Under the pieces are notes generated by a model. That model was not told where the DNA came from. It saw only the letters and a program-made list of their open reading frames with translations, and did not search any database. Shown piece by piece: positions 33,998 through 47,764 of a DNA stretch of 64,000 bases. Numbering within the stretch: the first letter of the stretch is position 1; every line of letters starts with the position of its first letter. The translations under genes and the position numbers were made by a program. Source of the stretch: Octopus bimaculoides (Eukaryota); the NCBI RefSeq assembly GCF_001194135.2, contig NC_069002.1, positions 37,475,433-37,539,432 on the forward strand. Reading direction: 5' to 3'.

Positions 33998-36900
33998 TAT
34001 ATACACATACATACATGTAGATCACGTCCTTTTGATGTTCTTGAAAATTTTATAATTTACTTATTATTGAGTCCTTAAAAAAAACTTTAATTTGGGTGCT
34101 AGGTACAGACAATGTACAAGAGCTAGGGCAGCCCTAATTTATTGTAAAACTTAAAGGAGTGTAAATGATGTTAAATATTTGTAAAAGTGAGGAAAAAAGA
34201 AAAGGAAACATTTGACATGGGTTGAATGGTTTGACAAGATCTGACAAGTCCAGGGACTGCTTTGTTCTACAATGTCTACTTAGCCTGGTTACTGTTGCTG
34301 GATGCCCTTCCTAGTTCCTAATACTAACCACTTTACAGTGTGTACTTGGTGCTGTTCTTTTATGGCACCAATACGAATGAGGTCACCATGCAATTTGCAG
34401 GACTAAAATCCCCATCAGCTAGGGCCTACAGTAGAGAGAGACGCAGCTTAAAACTAGGGGATGAGAAGTCAAAATGTGAAAAAAAGGGGCCACTAGAGGA
34501 GGTTTGTTGCTGTTGAGGAGTTGCATGGCTCTTCTTCTTATAGAAAAGTTAGTGGGAGCAGTTGAGGTGGAAAGAAAATTAAAATAGTGATGATGAGGTG
34601 TCAGGGAGGATTGTCAAGGTACAAGGAAAATAGGGAGTAGGGGACAGGAGAATTGAGAGTGTGGGTGGGTAGAGATTGCAAGAGTGTATGGGAAAGATGG
34701 TTAGAGTGGGTGATGAGGTGAATATAATAAAGTCTGCTATGAGAGGACCCTTTGCACTTAACTCTTACATCTGTGATTTAAAAAAAAAAATTCCATTCCT
34801 TAACTGCTTTTCTTCAGCAAGTAAATGACTTAGAAATAACTCCAGACAGGCAATTTGTGGCTGGAGCTGGTATGTATTGAATATTTTTCTTTTTTCTTGC
34901 TTTGGTTTTGTTTATATTTGCTTTATATTAACCGTTCATGGCTTAGGAAAATTTCATAAAACACGCAAGGCCATGGTTAGCATTATATAGCAATAACTTT
35001 CTTGATAATTTCTGTGTGCTTGTCTTAAAATCTTCATGGAAGAATACAAAGGTAGTTTTCTGTTGAATGTCAATTCCTGAAGTAAAATTATGTAGCAACA
35101 CCAAATGGCGGTGCCCCAGCATGGCCACAGCTCATGAGCTAAAACTAGATAAAATGAAAAAATATATATATATGCATGCTATGATGTAATGTGTGTGTCT
35201 TTGTTTTTGTTTTTATGATACAGGTTTCCAGCACATTCGAATGTTTGACATCAATTCCAAGAGTTCAAGTCCGTTAATAGATTATGAAGGTTTAAGTAAG
35301 AATGTTACTGCTGTTGGATTTCAAGAAGATGGTAAATGGATGTATTCTGGTGGCGAAGACATGACTACCCGAATATGGGACCAACGGTGAGTGAAGATTG
35401 GACCAACTTTTTTTATTTTTTGTGTATCTTTTTGCCCTAGTCTTCAATCATCTTTTCGTGTTTTGTCTTTAATTTACGTATTGACTCCCTGTCAAGACAC
35501 ACGAAAAATGTTGTATTGCAGACCTACCCAAATTGTACTGTCTGGTTGAGCCTGCTCTGGTTTTTCGGACAATCATGCCACCATTCGTGGTCCTGATCCT
35601 CCATTGCATTCAGGAGGTCAATAAGGCAACATTTGCCTACTGGGGGTCAATCTTCCCCAAAATTTCGAGCCTTGTGCCTTGAGTAGAAAAAAATATTGTC
35701 ATTTGATTTTATGTTCTAGGTCTCGAAACCCTCAAAGTCAAAGGATGTTTGCTGGGAATGCTCCTGTGAATTGTGTATGCTTACACCCTAACCAGGTAAA
35801 TTATTATTGTTTTTGTCATTACTACCCGTTCCCCTTCCTCCTGTGGTGGTGGTGGAGGTTCTTTTTCTGGGTTACCTATCTCACTTTTCAGCTCCTTTCT
35901 TAGAGATGCAACACTTCCTTCAACACATGCTGTTCCAAGTATTTCTGCCAACTGTGTACTTTCTATGAAGTTTGGTATTTTTGAATTTAATTTCATTTTA
36001 TATTTTGAACTTGTAAAAGACACATGGAGTGTCGAAATATTGTTCATTCATTTCATTTTCTTTTTAACAAACAGTCAATATCTATTTATTACCAATAACA
36101 GTCACGCTCTTCTTGTTTCTTTACCTTTTTAGGAAAGTGGGTTATACATCATTAGATGTACACCTGACTTTCCTATATTAAATTAGAAGTGAACAGAACG
36201 CAGAACTCCAAACTGATCAACGACAACAATATTTATTTAAAGATACAGTAATGGCGACTATGCCTTTTTGGCGCCATATGACGTCACTACACCTTCATGA
36301 AGAGTAACTTGAAACTTGAAATATTATTATTATTTATTGTTGTTGTTTGATGTTGTTTATCATTTTTTTATAGGGTGAGCTTTTTATTGGTGATCAGAAT
36401 GGTGTGATTCATGTGTGGGATCTGAAGAGTAACCACAAAGAACCTTGTGTAAGTTTTTACTTTTGATTTTATTAAGTTACATGTGATAGGTTTTTGAGAT
36501 TCTATAGACCTAGTAGTTGTTGCTGCTCTCCTGTTCTTAGCCACCTTTCTCAGAGTAGACCCCTTACAATGACCAATACTCCAGCTGTGAACATCCTGTC
36601 ATCTTTAACATGGTGTAATTTGGAGATTTAGCTGTTGTCTCGAGCAGGTCAAGCAAGTACGTAGAGGTTCCCTCATTGGCTTGTTGAACCTGTGTTTGAT
36701 TTGAATGGCTGAGTGATGGTTACAATAGTACAAAATTTGTTTTGAGCTTTAAATCTATAGAAGATGGGTTTTGATGCGTATTGGGCAGTATACTGAATTT
36801 CACATAACCTCAGTTCACCTAGAGGTGAGGTGAGGTGATGTATATCATCTGAGAAAGATACTTGAGAGAGAGAGACAAACAGGCTATCCAACATTTACCC

Positions 36901-37337
36901 ATCAGTTCTGTGACATCAATGAACAGGATTTAAGCAGTACCCTTTGAAAACGTCCTTGGTTGAGGTGCTTAGCAAACATTTGATTCCTTTGTAGAGGCTT
37001 ATATAGAACTGAGACAGAATTCAAGATATTGTCCTTAATGTTTCCTTTCCTGCTACTGAGATAACCATTTTCTCCCAGTCCTTCCTCCTTTGTAATTTTC
37101 TCTGTGGCACAAGTTTTTATTGCAGATGTTAATTTTCAAACTGAACACAATAACCACATCAATCTCACTAGTTTAGGAGTGTGGGCCTTTAAAGATTACA
37201 GCCACTACCCCTTCTCCAATATTTCTGATTAGTTTATGAAGAAATGTGTTTTTTTGTCTTTCTTTTTTACAACTGAGATCAATTCTGGAACCATGTGGTT
37301 TCAAACCTGTGCTCTTCAAATGAAGTCTGAGTTATAG

Positions 37338-37370
<33 letters not shown>

Positions 37371-40300
37371 CACACACACACCTGTAATCAATGGCACTGT
37401 TGTTTACAAGTTGTGCTCCAGCATGGCCACAGTCAAAAGACTGAAAACAAGTAAAAGAGTAAAAGAGGTGTGGGCATGACTGTATGGAAAGAAGCTTGAT
37501 TCTCGGCCACATGGGTCCGGGTTTAGTCCCACTGCATGGCACCTTGAGCAAGTGTCTTCTACTATAGTGTTGGGCTAACCAAAGCCTTGTGAGTGGATTT
37601 GGGACAGAAACTGAAAGAAGCCCGCCATGTGTGTGTCTGGTTGTCAAGCAGTGGTGGGGAGACAAACACAATGCTGGTGTGTTTATGTCCGTAATGTAGC
37701 GGTTTGGCAAAAGAGGCCAATAGAATATACACTAGGCTTACAAAGAATAAGTCCTGGGGTCCATTTCTTCAACTAAAACCCTTTGAGGCAGTGCTCCAGT
37801 CAAATGACTGAAACAACTAAAAGAATCAAAGAATATATGGGATCGTACTGCTGTTACACACTTTTACATCGAAGACTGAATCGTCAAGAAGGCCATTTAA
37901 TTACTTGACAAAGACTCACTTTCCAACATCTTAGAACCTCTGGAACCTCTGACCCATGTTGCGGTCTCACTGTGACATCTGCTTCCAAACTATCTCATTT
38001 CAAATAACTCAATCGTATGGCAAACCACCTTCACTGTCTCGTCACCCCCTTCTCTTTCTCAGAACATTTTAACCTCCTTTTTTAATCCTGAATACATCAA
38101 CTTGCTGTTCATGTGTTTAAGCTAAACATAAACTGTGTCAGTTTCATCAGTAGTTTGAGAGGGTTAGGAAAAAAAAAAAACAAGGGTTAGTGTCATAGAA
38201 TTGGTACTCTGTCGAATTTTTAAGATTTTCATTTGACTTTTTTCTTCCTTTTTTTATTTTGATTTAGATTCCGGAATTGGATGCTTCAATCCAATCCATC
38301 TGTATAGACCCAATGGGAACTATGATGGCATGTGTTAATAATAAGGTGAGTAGATGTGATGACGATGATGATGATGTGGATAGTTTTTGAAACTGTATTT
38401 TCAATTTCCTAATGTTTTTTAATGCTGAATTAATGCAGGCTGTTCGGAAGTGTCCTGGAGCTCATCTGCCAGCCTAAGGATTAAATGTTTTGGTGGCTTT
38501 GAATCTGTTGAGCTCATCTGTTGTTCTGTGTCTCCGCTTTGAAACGCTCTTGCTGTCCATCGAGAGGTTGTCCTTTATTGTTAGATGGACATGACTTCTC
38601 TTTTGGCTTTATGGCTGCAGATATGTAGAGAAGCAGCAGATGTGTGTGTGATTTCGATATGGACATTGTATTTTGTCTTTTAAGGGTCTACTATAGATTC
38701 TGGCATCCAGTTTTTGCTTGGGTGTGTGCATGCGCGTATGTGTGTGTGTGTGTGTGTGTGAAGAGCAAAGGGTCAGCTACTAGAAAACTTATGGTAGTAA
38801 TTATATTGCTGTTGTTGATTGCATTTTGCGATGGAGGGACTGTGAGCGCTGCTTAATCTCCCTAATCTTGGGGTCTTTAATCAATAGTCTTATTTACGAT
38901 ACTAATACATCACCTGCACCTTATGAAGATATTATTTACTTTGCCTGTGATGCTATACTTTATTCTTTCACCTACTTCTACTCTTTCCTTTCCCTTTTTC
39001 TTCCTTCTCTATCACTTTCTCCTCCTTTCATTCCCCCGTTTTCTTTTTTCCCTCTTTTTTTAACTGTGTACTTACATTAGCTTTCACTATTTAGTTCCTT
39101 TTTCTTAGCGACTGCTTTGCCAGAGGAATCAATTTGGGAAGCAATCAGAGAGGAAGAGGAAGAGGCTCTGCATGTGTGTGTGTGTGTGTTTGCGGAATAC
39201 AATGAATGAAAGAGGTGAGCAAAGATGCTTATTAATTCTGCTGTTTCTGTTGCAGGGACGGTGCTATGTCTGGTCTCTGAGTGGCAGCCATAAGAGCGAG
39301 TGTTCATTTCTCCATAAACGAGCCGAGTTCCAAGCCCATAAGCGATACGCTCTTAAGTGTATGTTCAGTCCTGACTCAACGTAAGAAATACTTTCTTCTT
39401 CAAGAAAATCCTCTTGAAGAGTTTTCTGCTGTCATTTATTTATTGTTCATTTCTATCATTTCCAATTTGCTTTTCACTATTTTTTTAAATATTTTTTTTT
39501 CTTTCTGTTTATAATTCCATATCCTCACGTATCATAAGAAGGTTGGATAGTTTTACAAATTTTGACATTTGCAGCAAGTTTTATTCTGTAGATTTTTTTT
39601 TTTTTTTGTTTATAACTAGATAACTGTTCCTATCTTCATTCACTTAGTTCAAATGAAGGTCATAGCAATGTCAACTGAGAAGCAATAGCAGTTATGTACC
39701 TTGTACAGGGATTCTTTTGAACAATAGAGATTAATTAGTGCAGAACATGGAATTAGTCTCAGAAGGAAATCCATCCTGTTGTAATTGTTATTTTCATATT
39801 TATGCCATCACTGAGACGATGGTCCTCACGGAGGCAACAGGCCTCACAGAAGCAATGACACTGGTGTCATGTAACAGGCATGTAAAAAGCACCATTCAAG
39901 TGCTGGGCCTCACAGAAGCAATGTAACTGATGCCAGTGGCATGTAAAAAGCACCCATTACACTCTTGGAGTGGTTGGCGTTGGGAAGGGCATCCAACTGT
40001 AGAAACCATGCCAAATCAGTCTGGTCAAACCATCCAACCCATGCTGGCATGGACAATGGATGTTAAATGATGATGATGATGATGATAAGTATTGCAACGT
40101 CATCTTAACCTTATAAGAATCATAGCATCATAACTGCAATATGAATATTATGATATAGCTTTAAGATTTTAGCTGTGACATAACTATAATATCATAGCAA
40201 TTATCACGACAACTATTTTCATAATTAATGCCTATATGAAGACCAGAAAGCTATATGTTTACTTAATATGTCTGTAGGCACACTAGCTGTGTTCTTTATG

Positions 40301-41203
40301 CAGTAGTAGGAATATGTGTAGACACACTAACTGTGGTACATATAGTGAAGGCGCAACGGCTGACTGATACTACATGCAGCATATAGACCAGGCGTAGGTC
40401 TCTTGGATTATTACTTGTTTTCATCAATGGCTCACTTTCTGTGCTCAGGACACTTCATCAACCAAGAAGAGGTGGCAGTTTCAGTTAAAGAGTTTTTGTC
40501 ATTTTGAAGGACAAGAACTGGGATCACAGAACTGGCAGACAAGTGGCTTCAAGCAGTGCAACATGATAGACTCTGCTTTCAATGCTAGGCTGCTTTTGTA
40601 GTATCTTGATGAATAAAGTAGATAAATTTCCAAAATATTGCCGAACTTTTCACTTGAACACAAATCATTAATATAAACTGTTTTTCAATCGCAGGCTCTT
40701 GGCCACGACTTCTGCTGATTGCACTGCTGTGATCTGGAAAACTGCTGACTTTTCAAAGTTAACAGAATTGAAGGACAACACTCAGCGCTGGGTATGGGAC
40801 TGCGCTTTCAGTGGCGATTCACAATACATAATTACTGGTAAGGCTGTTTCTCCCTCCACCTCTCTACTCTGCCTCCCACCTTATTTACAAGATCTCCTCT
40901 GGCTTCAATATTTTATTTTTGTATTGTTTTTGTATATCTTAGCTCTCTCCTCCTCCTCCATACTCTTCTTTTACCTCTTGCCGTCTCCCTGGTCTACATT
41001 TTACCTCTCCTTCTATATAGTCTGTATTTGAACTCTCTTCTATAAAGTTTGTTCTATTAAAAAAACCACATTCCATGTTGATTCTTGCTTTTGCATTTTT
41101 ACTTTTGGTAAAGTCTGATACCAAAAATACAAAACTTTACATCTCTTGAGTACTGTTCTCTTCCTTACTCAAGGGTATTCTTTAAATATGTTTCATTGTC
41201 ATC

Positions 41204-41239
<36 letters not shown>

Positions 41240-41751
41240 ATACAAACACACACACACACACGTGTATTTGTGTCTCCTTGTTTGGACACCATGCAATAGT
41301 TTCAAATGAGTGTCATTCATTTTCAATCTTCCATAAATACATGTCCAGCCACAAGTCTTGGTTTGGTGACTGAAAGGGCAAATCTGTCTTAACAAACTCC
41401 TTTTAACTCATGCAAGCATAGAAATTAAATGGAATTTATTAAAGCATAGATATTAGAATTAGAATTAAATGGGATTAAAATGATACTATGTAATCTGAAA
41501 CATGCAGTTATACATGTGAGTGTGATTATGTGTTTCAGCTAATTTTCATGTTGGTGTTCTTTATATTAGAATCTCTTTGAATAATAATAATAACCATGCA
41601 TTTTCTTTATGTTTGTTTTTCAATCTTTACAGCTTCATCAGACAATGTGGCTCGACTTTGGAGCGTGGAGAGTGGAGAAGTTCGCAGGGAATACAAAGGT
41701 CACCAAAAAGCCATAATCAGCCTGGCTTTTCGGGATGAAGTATTGTCTTAA
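31518..41751 (+). CDS. MLST8: Target of rapamycin complex subunit LST8 (WD40); join(31518-31640,34818-34869,35224-35386,35720-35795,36374-36448,38268-38345,39256-39380,40695-40837,41633-41751), 317 aa
   Basis: All exons are phase-consistent. Motifs include [71 protein letters not shown] and [11 protein letters not shown]. Confidence 0.97.
33610..33900 (-). mobile_element. Dispersed SINE-like repeat family (AAGGCCTGAAATTTT..GG...TCGACC...GGCAAAGTCGACCTCGGCAGAAT); approximate ends
   Basis: Diverged copies occur at ~8800-8900, ~10390-10660, ~45480-45780, ~48100-48570 and ~49520-49735. Confidence 0.7.
34818..34869 (+). CDS. MLST8: MLST8 coding exon 2
   Basis: Encodes [20 protein letters not shown] acceptor, GTATGT donor. 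Confidence 0.93.
35224..35386 (+). CDS. MLST8: MLST8 coding exon 3
   Basis: Encodes [11 protein letters not shown]...TRIWDQ. CAG acceptor, GTGAGT donor. Confidence 0.95.
35720..35795 (+). CDS. MLST8: MLST8 coding exon 4
   Basis: Encodes [25 protein letters not shown]. Confidence 0.95.
36374..36448 (+). CDS. MLST8: MLST8 coding exon 5
   Basis: Encodes [25 protein letters not shown]. Confidence 0.93.
37464..37830 (+). mobile_element. tRNA-derived SINE (approximate ends)
   Basis: It has an A/B-box-like head (ATGACTGTATGG...GGTTTAGTCCC), a CAAGTGTCTTCTACTATAG core and a CAGTCAAATGACTGAAACAA tail, like the 51604 copy. Confidence 0.75.
38268..38345 (+). CDS. MLST8: MLST8 coding exon 6
   Basis: Encodes [26 protein letters not shown]. 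Confidence 0.93.
39256..39380 (+). CDS. MLST8: MLST8 coding exon 7
   Basis: Encodes [10 protein letters not shown]...[15 protein letters not shown]. Confidence 0.95.
40695..40837 (+). CDS. MLST8: MLST8 coding exon 8
   Basis: Encodes [16 protein letters not shown]...[10 protein letters not shown]. Confidence 0.95.
41633..41751 (+). CDS. MLST8: MLST8 coding exon 9 (terminal)
   Basis: Encodes [39 protein letters not shown]. Confidence 0.95.
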
Positions 41752-44700
41752 CTATGTTGCAAGGCCTGCTAGTAAGGCATGGCTGATACCAGTTTAGTTG
41801 TTTTTTTTTTTTATCTTTTCCACGGGGGTGCAAACCCAACTTGGCTACTAAAGAGAAGTTTATTCGTGGATGTGCACTTGACTGATAATTTGTTGTTCAG
41901 TCATTTCCTGCACCCATCAGACATTTTAATTTAATTTTATTTGTTTATTATTTTTTAAGATCTTTTTTGTTTTTTTTTGTTTTTTTTTGTTTTTGTTTTT
42001 GAGAAAATGATGTTTACTTAAAGTCTGAACAATTCTGTAACAATGAAGGAGGACAAGGATTTTTCCCCAGGAATTGTTGCAACTGAATTTCATCGTTCCA
42101 TGGGTAAGAGTTCTAAAGAGCAGTGGAGGCAGTTGTTGGGGAGCTGGTTCCGAGGTGGAAACAACATTTTTTTAATACTTTTCTGTTTCTATATTTTTGT
42201 GTGTTTATCTTCTCTTTAGTGGTGCTTGTTTCTGACCCTTAATTTGCACTGCTGCGATGCAAGTTGTGCAGCGTGGGAAGGTGAAAGGCATTTCAAGCAT
42301 AAATTAAGAGGAATCAAAATTTAAAAAGAAATATTTTTTTTTTAATTTCATAAAATAATTTTGTGTGTGTGTGTGTGTGCATGTGTGTCTATGTGTGTGG
42401 GTGGGTGGGTGTGTATGTTATTTAATCTCTGGTTAGCCCCGTTTGAGCAGACCTATGCACAAAGGCATTCCAGATATGACCATTGAAACTTTCTAGAAGT
42501 ACCTTGGACTAAATTATCCAATGTGTCCTTGGATTTTTGTTTTTAGACAGTAGAGTATAATTTGAGAGAGATTTGCTGCTATTTCTAGCAGGTTTAATAA
42601 TGCTGTAGAAGCTCCCACTGTGTTGAGCAAATGTGACTGCTCAGAAACATGTATGGTAGATACAGTAGACAGTTGCCTGTGTTGTCATGGCAACTCACAG
42701 CATTCAAGCATTTACAATGATGTTTATTATTATTATGGAAAAATGACACTTGAGTGTGATGGAAACCGATCGATGAAAGATGCAGAAAGTCAGGTTTGGC
42801 AGCCAAGTAGGAAACCTATTTGAAGTGGTGGGGACACTTTTTGTACTAAGTTCAATTTAAAATATGTACCAGTAATATAACTAGAACACTTGTGGTGATG
42901 GTGGTGGTAATTGCATTGCTGGAGCTGGTAAAGTTTTACTTCCGCTGGCCCAACCCTTTGTCTATAAAAAAAGTTTGGTGGTTTGGTGATGAGTCCTTCT
43001 CAAATGAAATCCTTGTTATCTCTTTTCATCTCTTTACCACCATCTTCTAACACTATCATCTGATCATCTGTCTCTAAATCACGTTCGTGATGGATGGTTG
43101 GTGGGTGATCATAGTAGTAGTGACAGTAGTGGTTGTAGTTGAGGGTTGTGGCACTTTTGATAAATGAAATTTAATGTAAAACCAGAAACCAAATGCTTGG
43201 ATCGACTGGGACTGAGTCTGTGTTAGGGGGGGGGGAGAAGAAGAGATTTGGTGGTGGTTATCATTTCTCCTCAGCAGACATACTCAGAAGTATTCCAGCT
43301 GTGGCCATTAAGGCTGTTAAGGGACTATATTGGACTACATTAGCTAATGTTCTCTTTATTTAAGACAGTAGGGTTGATTTGAGGGAGATTTTGGTTCTAT
43401 TTCCCCTTGTCTCATGTTGTTTGTGTCAATTGAAGATTGATGTGGGGGCCTCCTCCACTTCTTCTTTCAAGTACAATAAACTGAGCAGTTTACGTATCTG
43501 TTACATCGAGACATTCTTGAAACGCTGTTGTGGGCTGATTTCCATGCTCGAATAAATATATTTCTCATCCTCAGCAATTGGTTGTGGATTTTTGCATATA
43601 AGAGTGGAGAGTCTTTGTGTTCACCAGACATGATCCCCACCGTCACTTTAATTGAAAGAATGACACACTTGCAGTTATTGGCTGAGAGAGGGAGAGAGAG
43701 AGAGAGAGACCAGTATGTTGAACACCTGGAATGCATCTCAGGCGGACTCTGTCATCTCCATCCCATTAACACTGATGCCACAAACAAGCCAATTCAGGCT
43801 GCTTGCATGTAGGGGGCAAAGGAGCTGCTCTCTCATATTTAAGCACCCTTACCTTAACAAACTAAAACATTGTTAATAATTGTTACTTGTGTCTCACACA
43901 CACACACACGCTTCTCTTTTTTACCTGGAGCATATTTTGGAAATGATGTTTGGCTGAAGGAAGAAGTGAAAACAAGCAAATAAAGACGATAGTAGTGGGG
44001 GTGGTGATAATGATAGAAAAAAAGTAACGTTACACACTAAAATGTAATTGAATTGGTGGAGGTGACTTGTTGTTGTTTAATCCCAGATCAGTTCTCATTG
44101 AATAAAAATCAAAAATATTCCAACCATATTCATCCCATTTTTTTCTCCCTTCAATGACGACATCATTCATATAATGTTCTTTTTTTTTTTTTTTTTTAAG
44201 ATGGCATGTTGTATGTGAAGAGGGTTTCGTGTCCTTTCCAGTGAACTGAATGACTGTAGACTTCCTTGTTGGCTTGTCCTTACTTTGATGTCAGTGTTTT
44301 TGGTGGGGAAGAGTGTTGGGTGGGGGTGGTTGAATGGTTTTCAAGAATCTAGGTTTGACTCTAATCATTTCTCTAATCATTTTTGCAGCTGACTCCAGCA
44401 ATTATGTTAATAATAATAATGATGATGATGGTGATGATAATTATAATAATAGTTAAAATCCAGCTGATGTCAAATTTGCCTTTCAACCTTAAAGAGTTGA
44501 TAAAATAAAGTACTACTCAATTACTGGTGGGGGGAGTGATAATTATCATTTTGACAGAATCCACTTTTCCATGGGCCAAATGGAGTTTACTGAGGTAGAT
44601 TTTCTATGGCAAGTTGCCTTTCCTATCATCAACAGTGGTTTCCAAGGAAGGTAGTATTTTCCCAAGACCAGACATATTTTGGCGAAATAATGAAAAGGAA

Positions 44701-47221
44701 TGACCCTGCTTGTATGACAACGTTGATGTCAAACGGAAACGCAAAGACACACGGTCCGGCATGTATTCGTACATATATATGCAAACATGCATATATTCAT
44801 ACATACGTGTAGGGGGAGTTACGAAGTTCAACAAGTTAAGAGAGGAAAGATATTTTACTAAATGATTAACACAAAAGAAAAACATGGCTATATGAATAAA
44901 TACGTATAAATATGAGAGAGAGAAACGGTTTGAATAATTATCATAAAGACATTATTACAAATAAAAAAAGAACACAAAAAGCTTTGTTAAATTCAGCAAG
45001 GCAAGGTTTCGTGGCCGCAATATCAACTTTATTTCGTTATTTTCCCAGCTCGTTAATTCAACAAGACGGTTTAGTAACTGTTTTGTGGTTGAGGGGAATT
45101 GAGCGTATTTTGAAAATGAAAGTGATCAATGGGAAATAATTACTTAGCAAATATTAGGTAGTTAATTATCTGCCCTTGAGAATTTTTTTTTTCTTTTCCT
45201 AAATACTCCTCTTTCAAATCTCTATTACATCAAATGCAGTTTACTAAACCGTCTTTGTTGACCTTACGAGCTTGAAAAATGGCGAAATAAATTTGATTTC
45301 GTTCAGGAAGCCATGGGTAGCTGAATGTCACAAGGATTTGCCCTATATTAAAAAAATCATTAGTAATAATAATTGTAACTAACAGAGGCCAGAAATGTTT
45401 AGGGGTTAGTCATTTATAACGACTTGACTAAATCCTGATATTATTCGAACTAAGAACATAAAAAAATTTTGAGAGAGGAAATGTTATTGGATAAAATAGA
45501 CTCTAGTTACTCTTGACTGGGATTTGAACTCAGAACGAAGACTACACGGTGCTCTGTCTGATCTAATAGTTCTGCCAATCCACTCGTTTATGATGGTGGT
45601 TTCTTATTTAGGCTCAAGGCTAGCACTTTGGCAGGGATGGGATTAGTTAAATAACCTACATCCTTCAAAAAGATTTCTTAAATTGATCACAGTACTTGAC
45701 TGGTACTTTATTTTATTGATCTCAGAACATTAAGAGCCTGGAACAAAGACTGCCAGACGTTGGATGCTTCTGCCAATCCACTGCCTTTATAACAATAGTG
45801 ATTATAATAGTAATAATAATAATAATAATATTAATAATAGTAAATGCAAAGACTATAGAGCTGACCATGGAAATTGTTGATTTGCCCCAGGTCAGCCTCA
45901 ATTGTGCAAACTTATGGTCAGAGGCATTCCAGCTGTAACTGTTCCATTATTTGATGATTCCTTCCCTTTTTAAGGTTGTAGATATGTGATTTGGTTTCTG
46001 ATTCTCAGTGGTCAACTGATCACAAAGGGCTCTCTTGTTCGAGTGTGGCATTTTTTACTTATCACTTCCAGGTGCTTGAGATTCATTAGGGCTAAATGGC
46101 ATTTGACTGACATGACTGACATGAGCGTTGATAAGAATGGCAGACAATTTGCATACTTGAATGTTTGCAGAGCTCAAAAGTTCAGTCTTGTTATTGATGT
46201 TGCAACAGATCCCGTCTCTCTTTCCGCTATAGTTTTTGCCCAAGTGGGGGTGGTTTTGAGGCTTAATACAGTTCACCAACATTACACAATATTCATCCCT
46301 GCTGTATGTGATTTATATAATCATGTAGGTAGGCCATTGTTTGTGAACTTTTGGTCTCTGATAACAATAATCAGCACCATGAGAGGGTGGGACAAGTTGT
46401 GGTTGAATAGCCCCAGGACAGACAAAGCAGACATGCTCAAAGGTATTTCATCTTTCTCAGGTATAATGTATTTAGAACTACATTATCCACTGAGTCAGTC
46501 CCTTTTGTAAAGATGCTAGTCTGATATTAAGGAGATTTGGCTGCTATTTGCCAGTCAAGTGAACATGTACAATCACATGTTGGTTCATCATCATTGTTGA
46601 TTATTAACAATCTTGTAATCATCATTTTCATTATCATTCTTGTAACACATTGGCATTTTAATAAAAAAAAGATATTTAAAGAAAAAAATTGTTTTTTAAA
46701 AATTTTTATGAGTATTTTGTTCAGATAATCAATTATAGCCAGCACAGATTTTTGCTACTTTTATCCAAAGCTACATTACCCAATGTCCTGTTTTTGAAGA
46801 TGTTATGGTATATTTGGGGAATATTTTCTTCATACATCTTAGTGGAAATTAGGGATAAAACACTGGACACATCATAAGCCATTCCAGTGTTTTCTTCGTT
46901 TTGATATTACTATGAATAATCTCGCTTGTGTTTTTGCATATCCAAACATCAATTGCATCGAATGCAGTTACTAAACCTTCCATGTTTTTTTACCAGCTTT
47001 GTGAATGGCGAAATATATTATTTCAGCTAGGAAGCCCTGCACAACTGTATTTCACATGACTTTATGGGATTTTGATATTAATCATATATGTACGTATGCA
47101 TGTGTGTATTTGAAAGTAAGTATGTGCCGGGTCTCACAAATTAAGACCAATTTTAAGCAGTTGATGGGTTTAACATTTCATTTTTTTGACAAAACCTTGC
47201 TTGAAAATCTAATCAGTCATT

Positions 47222-47590
47222 AAACTGTAGCTATGCTGGGGCACTGCCTTGAACAATTTGTTTTAGTCGAATGAATGAACTGACCCTAGTGCAAGTCTGG
47301 TACTTATTCTCTCAGTCTCTTTTGCCAAACTGCAGAGTTACAGTAACATAAACACACCAACACCAATTGTCAACCGGTGGTGAAGAACAGACACATATAT
47401 ACATATATGTGCATTCACACATACATACATATACACGACAAGCTTCTTTCAGTTTCCATCTACCAAATACACTCATAATGCTTTGGTTGGCCAGAGATTA
47501 TAGTAGAAGACACTTGCCCAAGTTGCCACGCAGTGAGACTGAACCCAGAATGAGGTGGTTGGAAAGCAAGTTTCTTACCACACAGCCACA
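47222..47590 (-). mobile_element. tRNA-derived SINE, reverse copy (approximate ends)
   Basis: The reverse complement reads GTGGCTGTGTGGTAAGAAACTTG...GGTTCAGTCTCACTGCGTGGC. Confidence 0.75.
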
Positions 47591-47596
47591 TATATA

Positions 47597-47723
47597 CAGG
47601 GTGTCCACAAAGGGTGGGTACATGGAGATTAACACATACTTTAAGAAATTATTATATCTTATATTTAATTGTCTATGTTATGATTTTATTTACTCCATGT
47701 ACCCAGACGTTGTGGACACCTTG
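47597..47723. mobile_element. 127-bp Tc1/mariner-type MITE
   Basis: TA|CAGGGTGTCCACAA..TGGGTACATGGAG ... CTCCATGTACCCA..TTGTGGACACCTTG|TA. Confidence 0.85.
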
Positions 47724-47727
47724 TATG

Positions 47728-47764
<37 letters not shown>

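Noticed and set aside
45986-46510. 174-codon plus-strand ORF
   Set aside because: It starts at GTG, has no recognisable domain or splice structure, and is likely a decayed repeat.
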